From: Terriglobales bacterium
GTDB lineage: Bacteria > Acidobacteriota > Terriglobia > Terriglobales > Acidobacteriaceae
Length of the DNA: 64,000 nucleotides
Assembly: GCA_016201265.1 (NCBI GenBank)
Contig: JACQDD010000210.1
Span: 3,102 to 67,101 of the forward strand
Direction of reading: 5' to 3'
Part shown: positions 10,760 through 19,665 of the stretch, one piece after another
Layout: each line of letters starts with the position of its first letter
Numbering within the stretch: position 1 is the stretch's first letter
Translations under genes and position numbers: made by a program
The notes under the pieces: model-generated
What the model was told of the DNA's origin: nothing
What the model saw: only the letters and a program-made list of their open reading frames with translations
Databases searched by the model: none

Positions 10760-12394
10760 ATGTCACTTTGTTCCCAAACTCGCCGGAGAAGCGTGAGCGT
10801 CGCTTTGATTCTGGCCCTGGTTATGGTGTTGCTGCCGTCTTTGTTGAGTGCGCAAGACGAAAAGCCACCAAAAGCGGACTTGTTTGTTGGTTATCAGTGG
10901 CTCAATCCTGGCGGCACGGTGCCAGTGGGCTCCAATCCGCCGTTCCAGCCGCCGCCTCCGCCGGTGGCGACGAAGTTGCCGAGCATGTCGATTGGCTATG
11001 GCTCAACCGTGACCTACAACTTCGACAAGTGGTGGGGCCTGTCGCTCGATGTGGGCGGGAACTTCCAGGACAAGGCCAGCGAAAGCACGATCTCAGTGGG
11101 ACCTCGCCTGATGTGGCGGGGCGAGAACATGAACATGTTCGTGCATACCATGCTGGGGTTGAACCGCCTGAGTCCCAAGGCCGTGTCCTCGAGCAATGGC
11201 ATCGGAGCAATTCTGGGCGGCGGCATGGACATGAAGATCTGGAAGCCGCTGAGCTTGCGGCTGTTCGAGGTGGACTACGTCCTGGGGCGGCACAACTTCT
11301 CCGACGTGGCGCCGGTGACAGAGCCCGATCTTCGGCATCCGGTGCTGAATGGCGTGCGTCTGCGCACCGGTCTGGTGTTCAACTTCGGCGGCGGAGAGAA
11401 GGAAGTACCGGCAGCGGCGTCCTGCTCGATCGACCACAGCGAAGTGATGGTGGGAGAGCCGGTGCACGTGACCGTGGCCCCGAGCAATTTCAACCCGAAG
11501 CACGCGCTCACCTACGCCTGGTCGAGCACGGGCGGCAAGATCGAAGGCAAAGATACGGGTGCGTCAATCGACACCAACGGCCTGGCCGGCGGCAGCTACA
11601 CCGCGACCGCGCGGGTAAATGATCCGAAGGCCAAGAAGAACAACGAGGCGAGCTGCACGTCGAACTTCACCGTGAAAGAGCCGCCCAAGAACCCGCCGCA
11701 GATTTCCTGCTCGGCGAATCCGACGAGCGTGTTGACTGGTTCGCCCTCGACCATCACCTGCACCTGCACCAGCCCGGACAGCGTTCCCGTGACGGTGGGC
11801 GGGTGGACGTCGAGTGGCGGCAGCATTTCCGGCAGCGGAAATTCGGCGACGCTGAATACGACCGGGGCGCCGGCCGGTACGGTCACGGTGAACGCGACCT
11901 GTACCGATTCGCGCGGCCTGACGGCTTCGGCTTCGAGTTCGGTGACGGTGGAGAACCCGCCGCCGCCCCCTCCGCAGGCCAGCAAGTTGAACGAGTGCGA
12001 ATACCCGAACAAAATGAAGCCGTGGCGCGTGGATAACACCTGCAAGGCCATGCTGGATGACGCTGCGCTGAAGTTGCAGCAGGATCCTGAAGCCAAGCTG
12101 GTCGTCGTGGGCAACGCCGATCCCAAGGAGAAGCGCAAGAACCTGGCGGCGGAGCGCGCGGTCGACGTGAAGGCGTATATCTCGGGCGGCGAAGCGAAGC
12201 AGAATATTGACCCGAGCCGCATCGAGACGCGCACCGGCACCGAGGGTACGATGACCTCGGAGCAATGGATCGTCCCAGCCGGCGCCACCTTCCCCGAGGC
12301 CAGCACCACGGCCCCGGTGGATGAGACCAAAGTGAAGGCGATTCCGGACCATCCCAAGCCGGCGGCCAAGAAACCGGCCAAGAAGGCGCCGTAA
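10760..12394 (+). CDS. Outer-membrane beta-barrel / OmpA-family protein with Ig-like repeats
   Basis: The ATG at 10760 gives the signal peptide ...LLPSLLSAQD. An N-terminal barrel-like region comes first. It is followed by two or three Cys-framed Ig-like repeats. The C-terminus is OmpA-like (KLVVVGNADPKEKRKNLAAERAVDVKAYI). Confidence 0.78.
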   Translation: MSLCSQTRRRSVSVALILALVMVLLPSLLSAQDEKPPKADLFVGYQWLNPGGTVPVGSNPPFQPPPPPVATKLPSMSIGYGSTVTYNFDKWWGLSLDVGGNFQDKASESTISVGPRLMWRGENMNMFVHTMLGLNRLSPKAVSSSNGIGAILGGGMDMKIWKPLSLRLFEVDYVLGRHNFSDVAPVTEPDLRHPVLNGVRLRTGLVFNFGGGEKEVPAAASCSIDHSEVMVGEPVHVTVAPSNFNPKHALTYAWSSTGGKIEGKDTGASIDTNGLAGGSYTATARVNDPKAKKNNEASCTSNFTVKEPPKNPPQISCSANPTSVLTGSPSTITCTCTSPDSVPVTVGGWTSSGGSISGSGNSATLNTTGAPAGTVTVNATCTDSRGLTASASSSVTVENPPPPPPQASKLNECEYPNKMKPWRVDNTCKAMLDDAALKLQQDPEAKLVVVGNADPKEKRKNLAAERAVDVKAYISGGEAKQNIDPSRIETRTGTEGTMTSEQWIVPAGATFPEASTTAPVDETKVKAIPDHPKPAAKKPAKKAP

Positions 12395-12415
12395 CTTAGA
12401 AGAAAAGCACCAAGG

Positions 12416-12449
12416 GCCGGTAGGAGATACCCTACCGGCTCTTTTTTTT
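12416..12449 (+). terminator. Rho-independent terminator
   Basis: GCCGGTAGG-agatac-CCTACCGGC followed by a run of eight T. Confidence 0.85.
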
Positions 12450-12540
12450 GCGCTGTTCTTCGGTAACCTTGCCGGGTGCGTGCTAGCCTGTCAGTCTCTG
12501 GGGACAGGCGAATACTGTTCGCAGGGGTCAATTTACGCTT

Positions 12541-14535
12541 ATGAAACGGGGCGTTATCCGCAAGAGTCTGTTGGTGCTGGCTTTCGGGCTGGTGAGTACG
12601 GCGCTGCTGGCCTCCGGATCGTGGCAAGTGTTGGGTCCGGATGGCGGCGACGCGCGCAGCCTGGCCTACGATTCCCACAATCCCGACCACATGCTGCTGG
12701 GCACGAGCACGGGTCAGTTGTTTGTCTCGAACGATGCGGGACACAGCTGGTCGCGTTTTGCCCGCCTGGGTGGCGATGACTATGTGCTCGATCACATCGC
12801 GATCGATCCTCAGGATTCGAAGCGCGTGTATGTGTCGGCCTGGAGCTTGTCGAGCCAGCAGATCGGCGACATTTACCGCACCCGCGACGGCGGCAAGAAC
12901 TGGGAAACCCTGCCCGCGATGCACGGCAAGTCCATTCGCGCGATGGCGGTGTTTCACGCTAATTCGAAGGTGCTGGTAGCGGGAGCGCTGGAGGGCGTGT
13001 TCCGCAGCAAGGATGGCGGCGATAGCTGGGAGCGCATGTCGCCCGCGAATCACTCCGATATCAAAAACATTGAATCGATAGCTGTCGATCCAAAGGATTC
13101 CAACATCGTTTATGCCGGCACCTGGCACCTGGCCTGGAAGACGGCCGATGGCGGCGCCTCGTGGCAGCAGATCAAGAAGGGCATGATTGACGATTCGGAC
13201 GTGTTCTCGGTGATCGTGGACCATGCCAATCCTGCGGTGGTTTTCGCCAGCGCCTGCTCGGGCATCTACAAGAGCGAGAGCGCGGGCAACCAGTTCTCGA
13301 AGATCCAGGGCATCCCGTTTTCGGCGCGGCGCACGCGCGTGCTGAAGCAGGATCCGACCAACGAGAACATCGTTTATGCGGGCACGACGGAGGGGCTGTG
13401 GAAGACCATGGACCTGGGCAAGACCTGGAAGCGGGTGAGTAACCCGGAGATCGTGGTCAACGATGTGCTGGTTGATCCGCGGGATTCGAATCACGTGCTT
13501 CTGGCGACGGACCGCAGCGGCGTGATGGCGAGCAACGACGGAACGCAGAGCTGGTCCACGTCGAATCGGGGCTACGCGCATCGCTACGTCTCGGCCCTTC
13601 TGGCCGATGTGAAAGAAGCGGACACGTTCTACGTGGGCCTGGTGAACGACCGGGAATACGGGGGCGTTTTCTATACGCGAGACGCCGGACGCAGCTGGCT
13701 GCAGAGGAGCGCTGGGCTGGGCGGGCGTGACATTTTCTCGCTCAAGCAAGCAGCGGGCGGCACACTGGTGGCGGGAACCAATCGCGGGATGTTCTCCCTC
13801 GAGCGCAATGCCAGCGAGTGGCGTCCGATGAACGCGGTGGTGACGGAGCAGATCGTCAAGACCACGAAGAAAGGGTCGAAAAAAGCCGCGACCACAACCA
13901 TCGTGAAGAAGTCGGAACTGGATGCTCGGGTGAACGATTTGGAACTGGGCTCACAGCGCTGGCTGGCGGCGACGACCCAGGGCATCTTCAGCAGTACCGA
14001 CCAGGGTAAGACCTGGAAGGGCGGGCCGGTGCTGGGACAGAAAGACTTCGTCTCAGTGCGGGCGCAGGGGTCGTTTATGGTGGCCACCACGCGATCGAGC
14101 GCACTGGTTTCCAATGATTCGGGCGCGACCTGGAAACAGGCCGGGCTGCCTTCCTACCTGGTTGGCATCCGCGGCAGCGCGATTGCCCACGACGGTGGAA
14201 TCGTGATCGCCGCTCGCGAAGGCGTCTTCCGCAGCGGAGACAACGGCACGAGCTGGGAGCATGTCGTGAACGGGCTACCGGGGAAGGACATCACTTCGGT
14301 CAGCTTTGACGCGGCTAACAAACGGTTGCTGGCGACCAGCGATTCGACGGGCGTGATCTTCGTCAGCAGCGACAGCGGACGCTCATGGCAGCGCGGTCCG
14401 GACAGCGGATTCCCGCTGCGTCGGGTCAGCGTGGTGGGCGGACGTTTCGTGGCGGCGACTCCGTTTGACGGCGTGGTGGTACAGCCGGAAGACGGGAACA
14501 TCAGCGCTGCGGCTGGAACGGGTAGCACCAACTAG
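12541..14535 (+). CDS. Secreted BNR/Asp-box repeat protein (double beta-propeller, GH74/Ycf48-like)
   Basis: 664 aa with a signal peptide and about 11 SxDxGxxW Asp-box motifs (SNDAGHSW, TRDGGKNW, SKDGGDSW, TADGGASW, STDQGKTW, SSDSGRSW and others). Confidence 0.85.
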   Translation: MKRGVIRKSLLVLAFGLVSTALLASGSWQVLGPDGGDARSLAYDSHNPDHMLLGTSTGQLFVSNDAGHSWSRFARLGGDDYVLDHIAIDPQDSKRVYVSAWSLSSQQIGDIYRTRDGGKNWETLPAMHGKSIRAMAVFHANSKVLVAGALEGVFRSKDGGDSWERMSPANHSDIKNIESIAVDPKDSNIVYAGTWHLAWKTADGGASWQQIKKGMIDDSDVFSVIVDHANPAVVFASACSGIYKSESAGNQFSKIQGIPFSARRTRVLKQDPTNENIVYAGTTEGLWKTMDLGKTWKRVSNPEIVVNDVLVDPRDSNHVLLATDRSGVMASNDGTQSWSTSNRGYAHRYVSALLADVKEADTFYVGLVNDREYGGVFYTRDAGRSWLQRSAGLGGRDIFSLKQAAGGTLVAGTNRGMFSLERNASEWRPMNAVVTEQIVKTTKKGSKKAATTTIVKKSELDARVNDLELGSQRWLAATTQGIFSSTDQGKTWKGGPVLGQKDFVSVRAQGSFMVATTRSSALVSNDSGATWKQAGLPSYLVGIRGSAIAHDGGIVIAAREGVFRSGDNGTSWEHVVNGLPGKDITSVSFDAANKRLLATSDSTGVIFVSSDSGRSWQRGPDSGFPLRRVSVVGGRFVAATPFDGVVVQPEDGNISAAAGTGSTN

Positions 14536-14562
14536 CACTCAGCAATCAGCAGTCAGCATTCA
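14536..14562. repeat. Heptamer tandem array (CAGCAAT/CAGCAGT/CAGCATT)
   Basis: Begins directly after the TAG stop of the BNR gene and runs into the terminator stem. Confidence 0.85.
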
Positions 14563-14587
14563 GGGGAGCGGGGACGCTCCCCTTTTT
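14563..14587 (+). terminator. Rho-independent terminator
   Basis: GGGGAGCG-ggga-CGCTCCCC followed by TTTTT. Confidence 0.85.
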
Positions 14588-14611
14588 GCGTTGAGGTTGC
14601 GGTGAGAGGCT

Positions 14612-14643
14612 CAGCACTTGGCATTTAGCACTTGGCACTTAGC
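14612..14643. repeat. Heptamer tandem array (CACTTGG/CATTTAG/CACTTAG)
   Basis: CAGCACTTGGCATTTAGCACTTGGCACTTAGC. The same unit family occurs at 24450-24545, 31923-31954 and 32851-32884. Confidence 0.9.
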
Positions 14644-14796
14644 TTTTCTGTTTGCGGCCCAGGCGGGGGCGGTATTTTCTGACTTGGCGGCAAAAAGTAC
14701 ACGACTCCCCTTCGAATACTACTCATAAGTCTTTTGTTTTCAGTAGGCGTGATGGCATCCTCCGTGCGCTTCCGTAGTCCGGGAAAGGGAGACTTG

Positions 14797-15489
14797 ATGA
14801 AATTGTCCAGGGCTTCTGTAGTCGCGGTGCTGGTTCTGATTGCCGGCTTTCTGGTGGGGTGCGGGAAGGAAACTGGGGTTCCGGGCGATGATTCGGCGAG
14901 CGCCGAAGATTCGCAGAAGATGCCTTTCGATCGCGAGGCGCGGTCCGGGGGAATTTCGCCGAGCCGGTCGCTGGTGCCGACCGTCAGCAAGCTGCCGGCA
15001 GGAACGCCGATCACGGTTCGCTTGCAGGGCACGGTGTCAAGCGCGTCATCGAATGCGGGCGACAGCTTCGAGGGAACACTGGATGAGCCGATCGTGATCG
15101 AAGGGCAGACGGCGATCACTCGCGGCACGGTGGTGACGGGACGAGTGCTGGCGGCGAAAGCGTCGGGACGGCTGCATGACCCAGGCTATCTGCGGATCGC
15201 GCTGGTCAGCCTCAATGTGGAGGGGAAACCGGTGGCCATCGAGACCTCGAGCATCTTTGCTAAGGGCGGCTCCCACGAAAAGCGGAACTGGGCGATGATT
15301 GGCGGCGGGACCGGCGCCGGAGCGCTGATCGGAGGGTTGGCTGGAGGCGGCAAGGGTGCGCTGATTGGCTCGGCGGTCGGAGCGGCTGGAGGCACGGGCA
15401 CGGCCTATGCGACCGGGAAGAAGGAAGTGGCGTTTGGCGCGGAACGGCGGCTGACCTTCCGTCTGGCGCAGGCCGTGAATCTGCACTAA
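14797..15489 (+). CDS. Lipoprotein with C-terminal glycine-zipper
   Basis: The ATG at 14797 is preceded by GGGAAAGGGA. It has the signal plus lipobox LIAGFLVGC and the C-terminal glycine zipper GGGTGAGALIGGLAGGGKGALIGSAVGAAGGTG. Confidence 0.7.
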   Translation: MKLSRASVVAVLVLIAGFLVGCGKETGVPGDDSASAEDSQKMPFDREARSGGISPSRSLVPTVSKLPAGTPITVRLQGTVSSASSNAGDSFEGTLDEPIVIEGQTAITRGTVVTGRVLAAKASGRLHDPGYLRIALVSLNVEGKPVAIETSSIFAKGGSHEKRNWAMIGGGTGAGALIGGLAGGGKGALIGSAVGAAGGTGTAYATGKKEVAFGAERRLTFRLAQAVNLH

Positions 15490-15518
15490 TCCGAAGCCAT
15501 CTCATAAACCAAGGCTGT

Positions 15519-15589
15519 CCCTCGGGGGCTGAAACCCGTATTTTGGGAGGCCCCGAGCGGCACGGCGAAGCCGTGCCCTTCCCAAAACC
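15519..15589. repeat. REP-like palindromic element (nested hairpin)
   Basis: The outer stem TTTTGGGA/TCCCAAAA (15541-15587) encloses GGCACGGC-gaa-GCCGTGCC (15559-15577). Confidence 0.75.
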
Positions 15590-15899
15590 ATTTATGCGAT
15601 GGCTTTTGGAGACCACGCCGAATTGGGCGGCTACGACCTCCCGTTTTGGCAATACGTCCAACTGCTGGCTTGGACCGCCCCTCCGGAATTGTCACAATCC
15701 TACGTGACGGCACGCACTTAGCGGCGATGTGCCGAAGCTTTAGAATTCCCAAAAGAGGTGGCGTGCCACTGTTGGCGGAAAGCTGAGATGTACTTTTCCC
15801 AGCTTGAAACTGCGGTAGGTTCCCCCGCGCTGCCGATGATCCTGCTGCGCGTCTCGGCGCACCGGCCGGACCGTGAGCCCGGCCCCCAGGAAGGATCGC

Positions 15900-17426
15900 A
15901 TGAGCTTGGCGGCAAGAGCACCGTCGCGGAGTCATCGGCCCATTGAACCGGGGCCCATGGGGCACGATAGCGAATTGCGGTTCCGCGCAATGTTTGAAGG
16001 AGCCGCAATCGGGATCGGCATCTGCTCCCTCGACGGCCACATCCTGGAAGGCAACCCCGCGCTCACAAAGATGCTTGGCTACAGCCGCAAAGAACTGGCC
16101 GGCATGCATGCGCGCGAGCTTCATCCCGGCGATTTTCAGCAGGACGAAGTTTATCTCGGAGAGCTGATGCGGGGCGCGCGCGACTCCTTCGAGTTAGAAA
16201 AACGCTATCTGCGCAAGGACGGGTCCTACCTCTGGGGCCATTTGACGGTGTCGATGGTGCGCGATGCCGGGGGCGAACCCGCTTTCCTGATCGCCATGAT
16301 GGAAGACACAACCGAGCGCAAGCGCGTGGCGGAGCAACTGCGCGCAGCGGAAAAAATGGAGGTCATCGGGCGGCTGGCCGGGGGAATTGCGCACGACTTC
16401 AACAACCTGCTGACCGGCATCCTGCTGTATTGCGATCTGCTGGCGTCCGGACTGGAACCCGGGGGCCGGCTGCGACAGCACGTCGAAGAAATCCGCATGG
16501 CGGGCGAGCAAGGAGCGGCGTTAACCCAACAACTCCTGGCCATCGCCCGCAAACAGGTGCCGCAGCCGCGGCCGATTCTGCTCAACGAGGTGGTGTCATC
16601 CACCGAGAACCTGCTGCGCCGGTTGATCGGCGAGCAAATTGAACTGGTCACCGAGCCCAGCTCGAAACTCGGGAAGGTGCTGGCCGACCAGACACAGTTG
16701 CGGCAGGTCCTATTGAACCTGGTGCTGAACGCGCGCGATGCCATGCCCAACGGCGGGCGGATCACGATCAGCACCCACGCCAAGCGCCTTCCCGGCAGCG
16801 CCCAGCCTGCCGTTTCGCTGACGGTCGAGGACACGGGCTGCGGCATGGACGAGGCGACACGGGCGCGGCTGTTCGAACCATTCTTCACGACGAAAAAGCC
16901 GGGACACGGCACCGGCCTTGGGCTGGCGACGGTGCAGCGCATCGTGGGGGAGTCCGGCGGGACAATCAAAGTCGAGAGTGAAGCCGGGCACGGCACCCGG
17001 ATCGAAGTGTTTCTTCCGGCGATGAAGGTGGTCGCCGAAGTAAAGCCCGCAGCGGCCCGCACGGGGAGCGGCGAAACCATCCTGCTGGTGGACGATCATA
17101 CGAGCGCCCGCAACTCCATGCAGCGCGTCCTGCACCATGCCGGATACCGCGTCCTGCCGGCATCCAGCGGCAAACGGGCGCTGAAGGTCTTCGCGGAAAA
17201 TTTAAGTGAGGTCGATCTGCTGATTGCCGACTGGATGATGCCAGGAATGAATGGCCGGGAACTGGCCGAGAAGTTACGCCACCAGAAACCGGGATTGAGG
17301 GTGCTGCTGATTTCCGGCTACCACGACGCCCAAGGCGGGCCCGAAGGCGGCTCCGTGGCCTTGATTCGCAAGCCATTCGCCGGCAGGGCGCTGATCGAAC
17401 GTATTCATGAAGTTTTGGATTCATAG
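15900..17426 (+). CDS. Hybrid sensor histidine kinase (PAS, HisKA, HATPase_c, C-terminal REC)
   Basis: The ATG at 15900 follows AGGAAGGA. It has a PAS domain (FRAMFEGAAIGIGI...), the H-box GGIAHDFNNLL, the N-box LNLVLNARDAM, G-box DTGCGM...GTGLGLA, and a REC domain (ILLVDDH...LLIADWMMPGMNG). Confidence 0.9.
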   Translation: MSLAARAPSRSHRPIEPGPMGHDSELRFRAMFEGAAIGIGICSLDGHILEGNPALTKMLGYSRKELAGMHARELHPGDFQQDEVYLGELMRGARDSFELEKRYLRKDGSYLWGHLTVSMVRDAGGEPAFLIAMMEDTTERKRVAEQLRAAEKMEVIGRLAGGIAHDFNNLLTGILLYCDLLASGLEPGGRLRQHVEEIRMAGEQGAALTQQLLAIARKQVPQPRPILLNEVVSSTENLLRRLIGEQIELVTEPSSKLGKVLADQTQLRQVLLNLVLNARDAMPNGGRITISTHAKRLPGSAQPAVSLTVEDTGCGMDEATRARLFEPFFTTKKPGHGTGLGLATVQRIVGESGGTIKVESEAGHGTRIEVFLPAMKVVAEVKPAAARTGSGETILLVDDHTSARNSMQRVLHHAGYRVLPASSGKRALKVFAENLSEVDLLIADWMMPGMNGRELAEKLRHQKPGLRVLLISGYHDAQGGPEGGSVALIRKPFAGRALIERIHEVLDS

Positions 17427-17437
17427 GGAGGTACGCC

Positions 17438-18844
17438 ATGTTAGCCATCGAAGCTGTGGTGATCCCGGCCCCGCAAATTGAGGGGGCCAATTTCCTGAAC
17501 CTGTTGATCGTGGACGATGACCGCGCGGTGCGGGAAGCGTGCCGGGCGGTGGCCCAGTCGCTGGGCTTCAGCGCGCAAGTGGCCGAGTCGGCCGAGCAGG
17601 CCTACCGGATGCTCGACAACCAGGGCACGGACGTGATCCTGCTCGACCTGAAGCTGCCGGGAGCGGGCGGATTGGAGGCCCTGCACACCATCAAGGAGCA
17701 TCGACCCGATGCGCTGGTGGTGGTGGTCACTGGTTATGGCACGGTGCAGTCGGCGGTGCAGGCGATGAAGGATGGCGCGTACGACTACGTGACCAAGCCC
17801 TTCAGTATGGAAGAACTACGGTTGCTGCTGGAGCGGGTGGCGGGCCATCTGCGGCTGAAGACCGAGAACCGGGTGCTGCGCGAGACCATCAAGTCGCGTC
17901 AGGGCTTCGGCAACATCATCGGGCGCGCGCCGGAGATGGAAAAGCTCTACCGCATCATCGCCAAGGCTGGCCAGAGTACGCATCCGGTGCTGATTCTGGG
18001 TGAGAGCGGGACGGGCAAGGAACTGGTGGCCAAGGCCATCCACTTCAACGGGCCCCACCGCACCAAGCCGTTCATCCCGGTGGACTGCGGGTCGCTGGTG
18101 CCGACCCTGATCGAGAGCGAATTATTTGGCCACGTGCGGGGAGCGTTTACGGGTGCGACCCATCCGAAAGACGGGCTGCTGGCGATCGCGGAAGGCGGCA
18201 CGGTTTTTCTGGATGAGATCGGAGAGCTGTCCGTGGACCTGCAGGCGAAACTGCTGCGGGCGATCCAGGAGAAGGAAATTCGCCCGGTGGGAAGCGTGCG
18301 GCGGATACCGATCAATGTTCGCATACTGGCCGCGACCAACCGCGACCTGGAACAAGGGGTGGCGCAGGGCACGTTCCGGCGCGATCTGTATTTCCGGCTC
18401 AACGTGCTGACGCTGCGCATTCCTCCACTGCGGGAGCGGCGGCAGGATATCCCGTTGCTGGTCGCGCACGTGTTGGAGCGTCTGGGGCGGGACACCGGAA
18501 CGGAAAGGACGATTTCCGACGAGGCACTCAAGATCCTGCTGAACTATGACTGGCCGGGCAACGTGCGGGAACTGGAGAACTGTTTGGAGCGGGCATGCGC
18601 GCTCTCCAGTGCGGACGAAATTCAGGTCCGCGACCTGCCGACACGGGTCTATAGCGCGCCGGCGGAGTTGATCGGGCTGAACCAGCCGAGCAATGGCATC
18701 GTCCCGATCGCCGAACTGGAGAAGCAGACAATCTTGAATGCGCTGGCGCAGGTCAACGGAGACAAGATGCTGGCCGCGCGGCTGCTGGGAATCGGGAAGA
18801 CGACGTTGTATCGGAAGTTGAAGGAATACGCCTCCCAAAACTGA
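17438..18844 (+). CDS. Sigma-54-dependent response regulator (REC + AAA+ + Fis HTH)
   Basis: 468 aa. It has a GGGAGG Shine-Dalgarno sequence 8 nt upstream, Walker A GESGTGKE, GAFTGA, and the HTH DKMLAARLLGIGKTTLYRKLKEY. Confidence 0.93.
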   Translation: MLAIEAVVIPAPQIEGANFLNLLIVDDDRAVREACRAVAQSLGFSAQVAESAEQAYRMLDNQGTDVILLDLKLPGAGGLEALHTIKEHRPDALVVVVTGYGTVQSAVQAMKDGAYDYVTKPFSMEELRLLLERVAGHLRLKTENRVLRETIKSRQGFGNIIGRAPEMEKLYRIIAKAGQSTHPVLILGESGTGKELVAKAIHFNGPHRTKPFIPVDCGSLVPTLIESELFGHVRGAFTGATHPKDGLLAIAEGGTVFLDEIGELSVDLQAKLLRAIQEKEIRPVGSVRRIPINVRILAATNRDLEQGVAQGTFRRDLYFRLNVLTLRIPPLRERRQDIPLLVAHVLERLGRDTGTERTISDEALKILLNYDWPGNVRELENCLERACALSSADEIQVRDLPTRVYSAPAELIGLNQPSNGIVPIAELEKQTILNALAQVNGDKMLAARLLGIGKTTLYRKLKEYASQN

Positions 18845-18850
18845 GCGTGC

Positions 18851-19135
18851 TCAAAGAGCTTCCGGCCATTGTTGCGCGCCGTGGTAGAGGGCAAGGATCA
18901 GGATGCCGTCTTTGTCGATGGCATAAGCGGCCAGGAAGGGGGTGTTGGAAATTACTAACTCGCGGGTACCAGTCACGGGGCCTGGTCTTCCGGACATTGG
19001 AAAAGTGGCGAGTTGCTGAACGCTGGCGACGATCTGCATCGCGATCCGGTCAGCAACCTCCTCGGAGTTGGAGAGAGCAATGTAATCACGGGCGTGATCG
19101 AGCTGCCGGATCGCCTGTTCGGTCCACTCGATCAT
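18851..19135 (-). CDS. Type II toxin, RelE/ParE family
   Basis: 94 aa. It overlaps the upstream antitoxin gene by 4 bp (ATGA), and its sequence pattern (W..QA..DL..I..YI......A......I......L..FP..G) is typical of ParE. Confidence 0.8.
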   Translation of the reverse strand: MIEWTEQAIRQLDHARDYIALSNSEEVADRIAMQIVASVQQLATFPMSGRPGPVTGTRELVISNTPFLAAYAIDKDGILILALYHGAQQWPEAL

Positions 19136-19380
19136 GGGCGTGCTCGGCCCGTCCTTTTGAGCCTCCTTACAACCTCCTCATGGCTGACCACGCGGCCTTT
19201 GCGCGCTTCTTCCAGGCCCTTGCGCACGAGTGCGTCCTGATAGGCGTGCAGCTCGATGTAGTTGGTAATGGCCTGGTTGATGAGATAACTGCGCGGACGG
19301 TCCTGCGCGGCAGCCAGCGAATCGAGAGCGTCGATCTTTTCGGGGTCGGCGCGGAAGCTGATGGTTTTCTCGGCGCTCAT
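19132..19380 (-). CDS. Type II antitoxin, ribbon-helix-helix (CopG/ParD-like)
   Basis: 82 aa. It has the N-terminal beta-strand TISFRADPEKIDALD followed by helices, and sits immediately upstream of, and overlapping, the toxin gene. Confidence 0.75.
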   Translation of the reverse strand: MSAEKTISFRADPEKIDALDSLAAAQDRPRSYLINQAITNYIELHAYQDALVRKGLEEARKGRVVSHEEVVRRLKRTGRARP

Positions 19381-19468
19381 AATACAGCAACAATATCATG
19401 TATTATTTTGTATTACCACAACAGTTGGAGCGATTGGGCGACAGAGTAGTGGGAATCCAGCGCCGCCG

Positions 19469-19541
19469 CCCGAGGGCCGGGTGCCCTCGGGACAGCCGGC
19501 AAGGCTCGCCCTGAGCGAAGCCGAAGGGTGCCGGCGCTACC
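19469..19541. repeat. REP-like GC-rich palindromic element
   Basis: It contains CCCGAGGG-ccgggtg-CCCTCGGG (19469-19491), then GCCGGCA...TGCCGGC (19495-19535) ending GCTACC. Confidence 0.7.
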
Positions 19542-19665
19542 TCCTGCTTCCCAAAACTGAGCGGGGAAAGGCGGGCTGGTGCCGAAACGGGAAATCGCGA
19601 GAGACACGAGTTCGTAACTCCTTTTTTTTCAGACACTAACGTTTGGTCAGGAAGTTGCAGAAAGA

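Noticed and set aside
11596-13749. 717-aa ORF on the minus strand, the fifth-longest ORF in the track
   Set aside because: It runs antisense across two well-supported plus-strand genes (the OmpA-like and BNR proteins) and across their intervening terminator. Its translation is Arg/Ala/Gly/His-rich low-complexity sequence with no recognisable motifs. This is the typical antisense open frame of a high-GC genome.
14612-14643. TGGCAC within the CACTTGG heptamer arrays (also at 24450-24545 and 31923-31954), considered as possible sigma-54 -24 elements given the two sigma-54 activators in the window
   Set aside because: The consensus needs GG and GC separated as in TGGCAC-N5-TTGC. In the arrays the position of the -12 GC is occupied by TT (TGGCACTTAGCACTTGG). 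The match is a by-product of the repeat unit. I found no convincing sigma-54 promoter elsewhere by eye.
18851-19380. Toxin-antitoxin pair as part of a larger mobile element or defence island
   Set aside because: No integrase, transposase, tRNA, direct repeats or additional defence-type genes lie adjacent. The neighbours are a two-component system and an outer-membrane protein.
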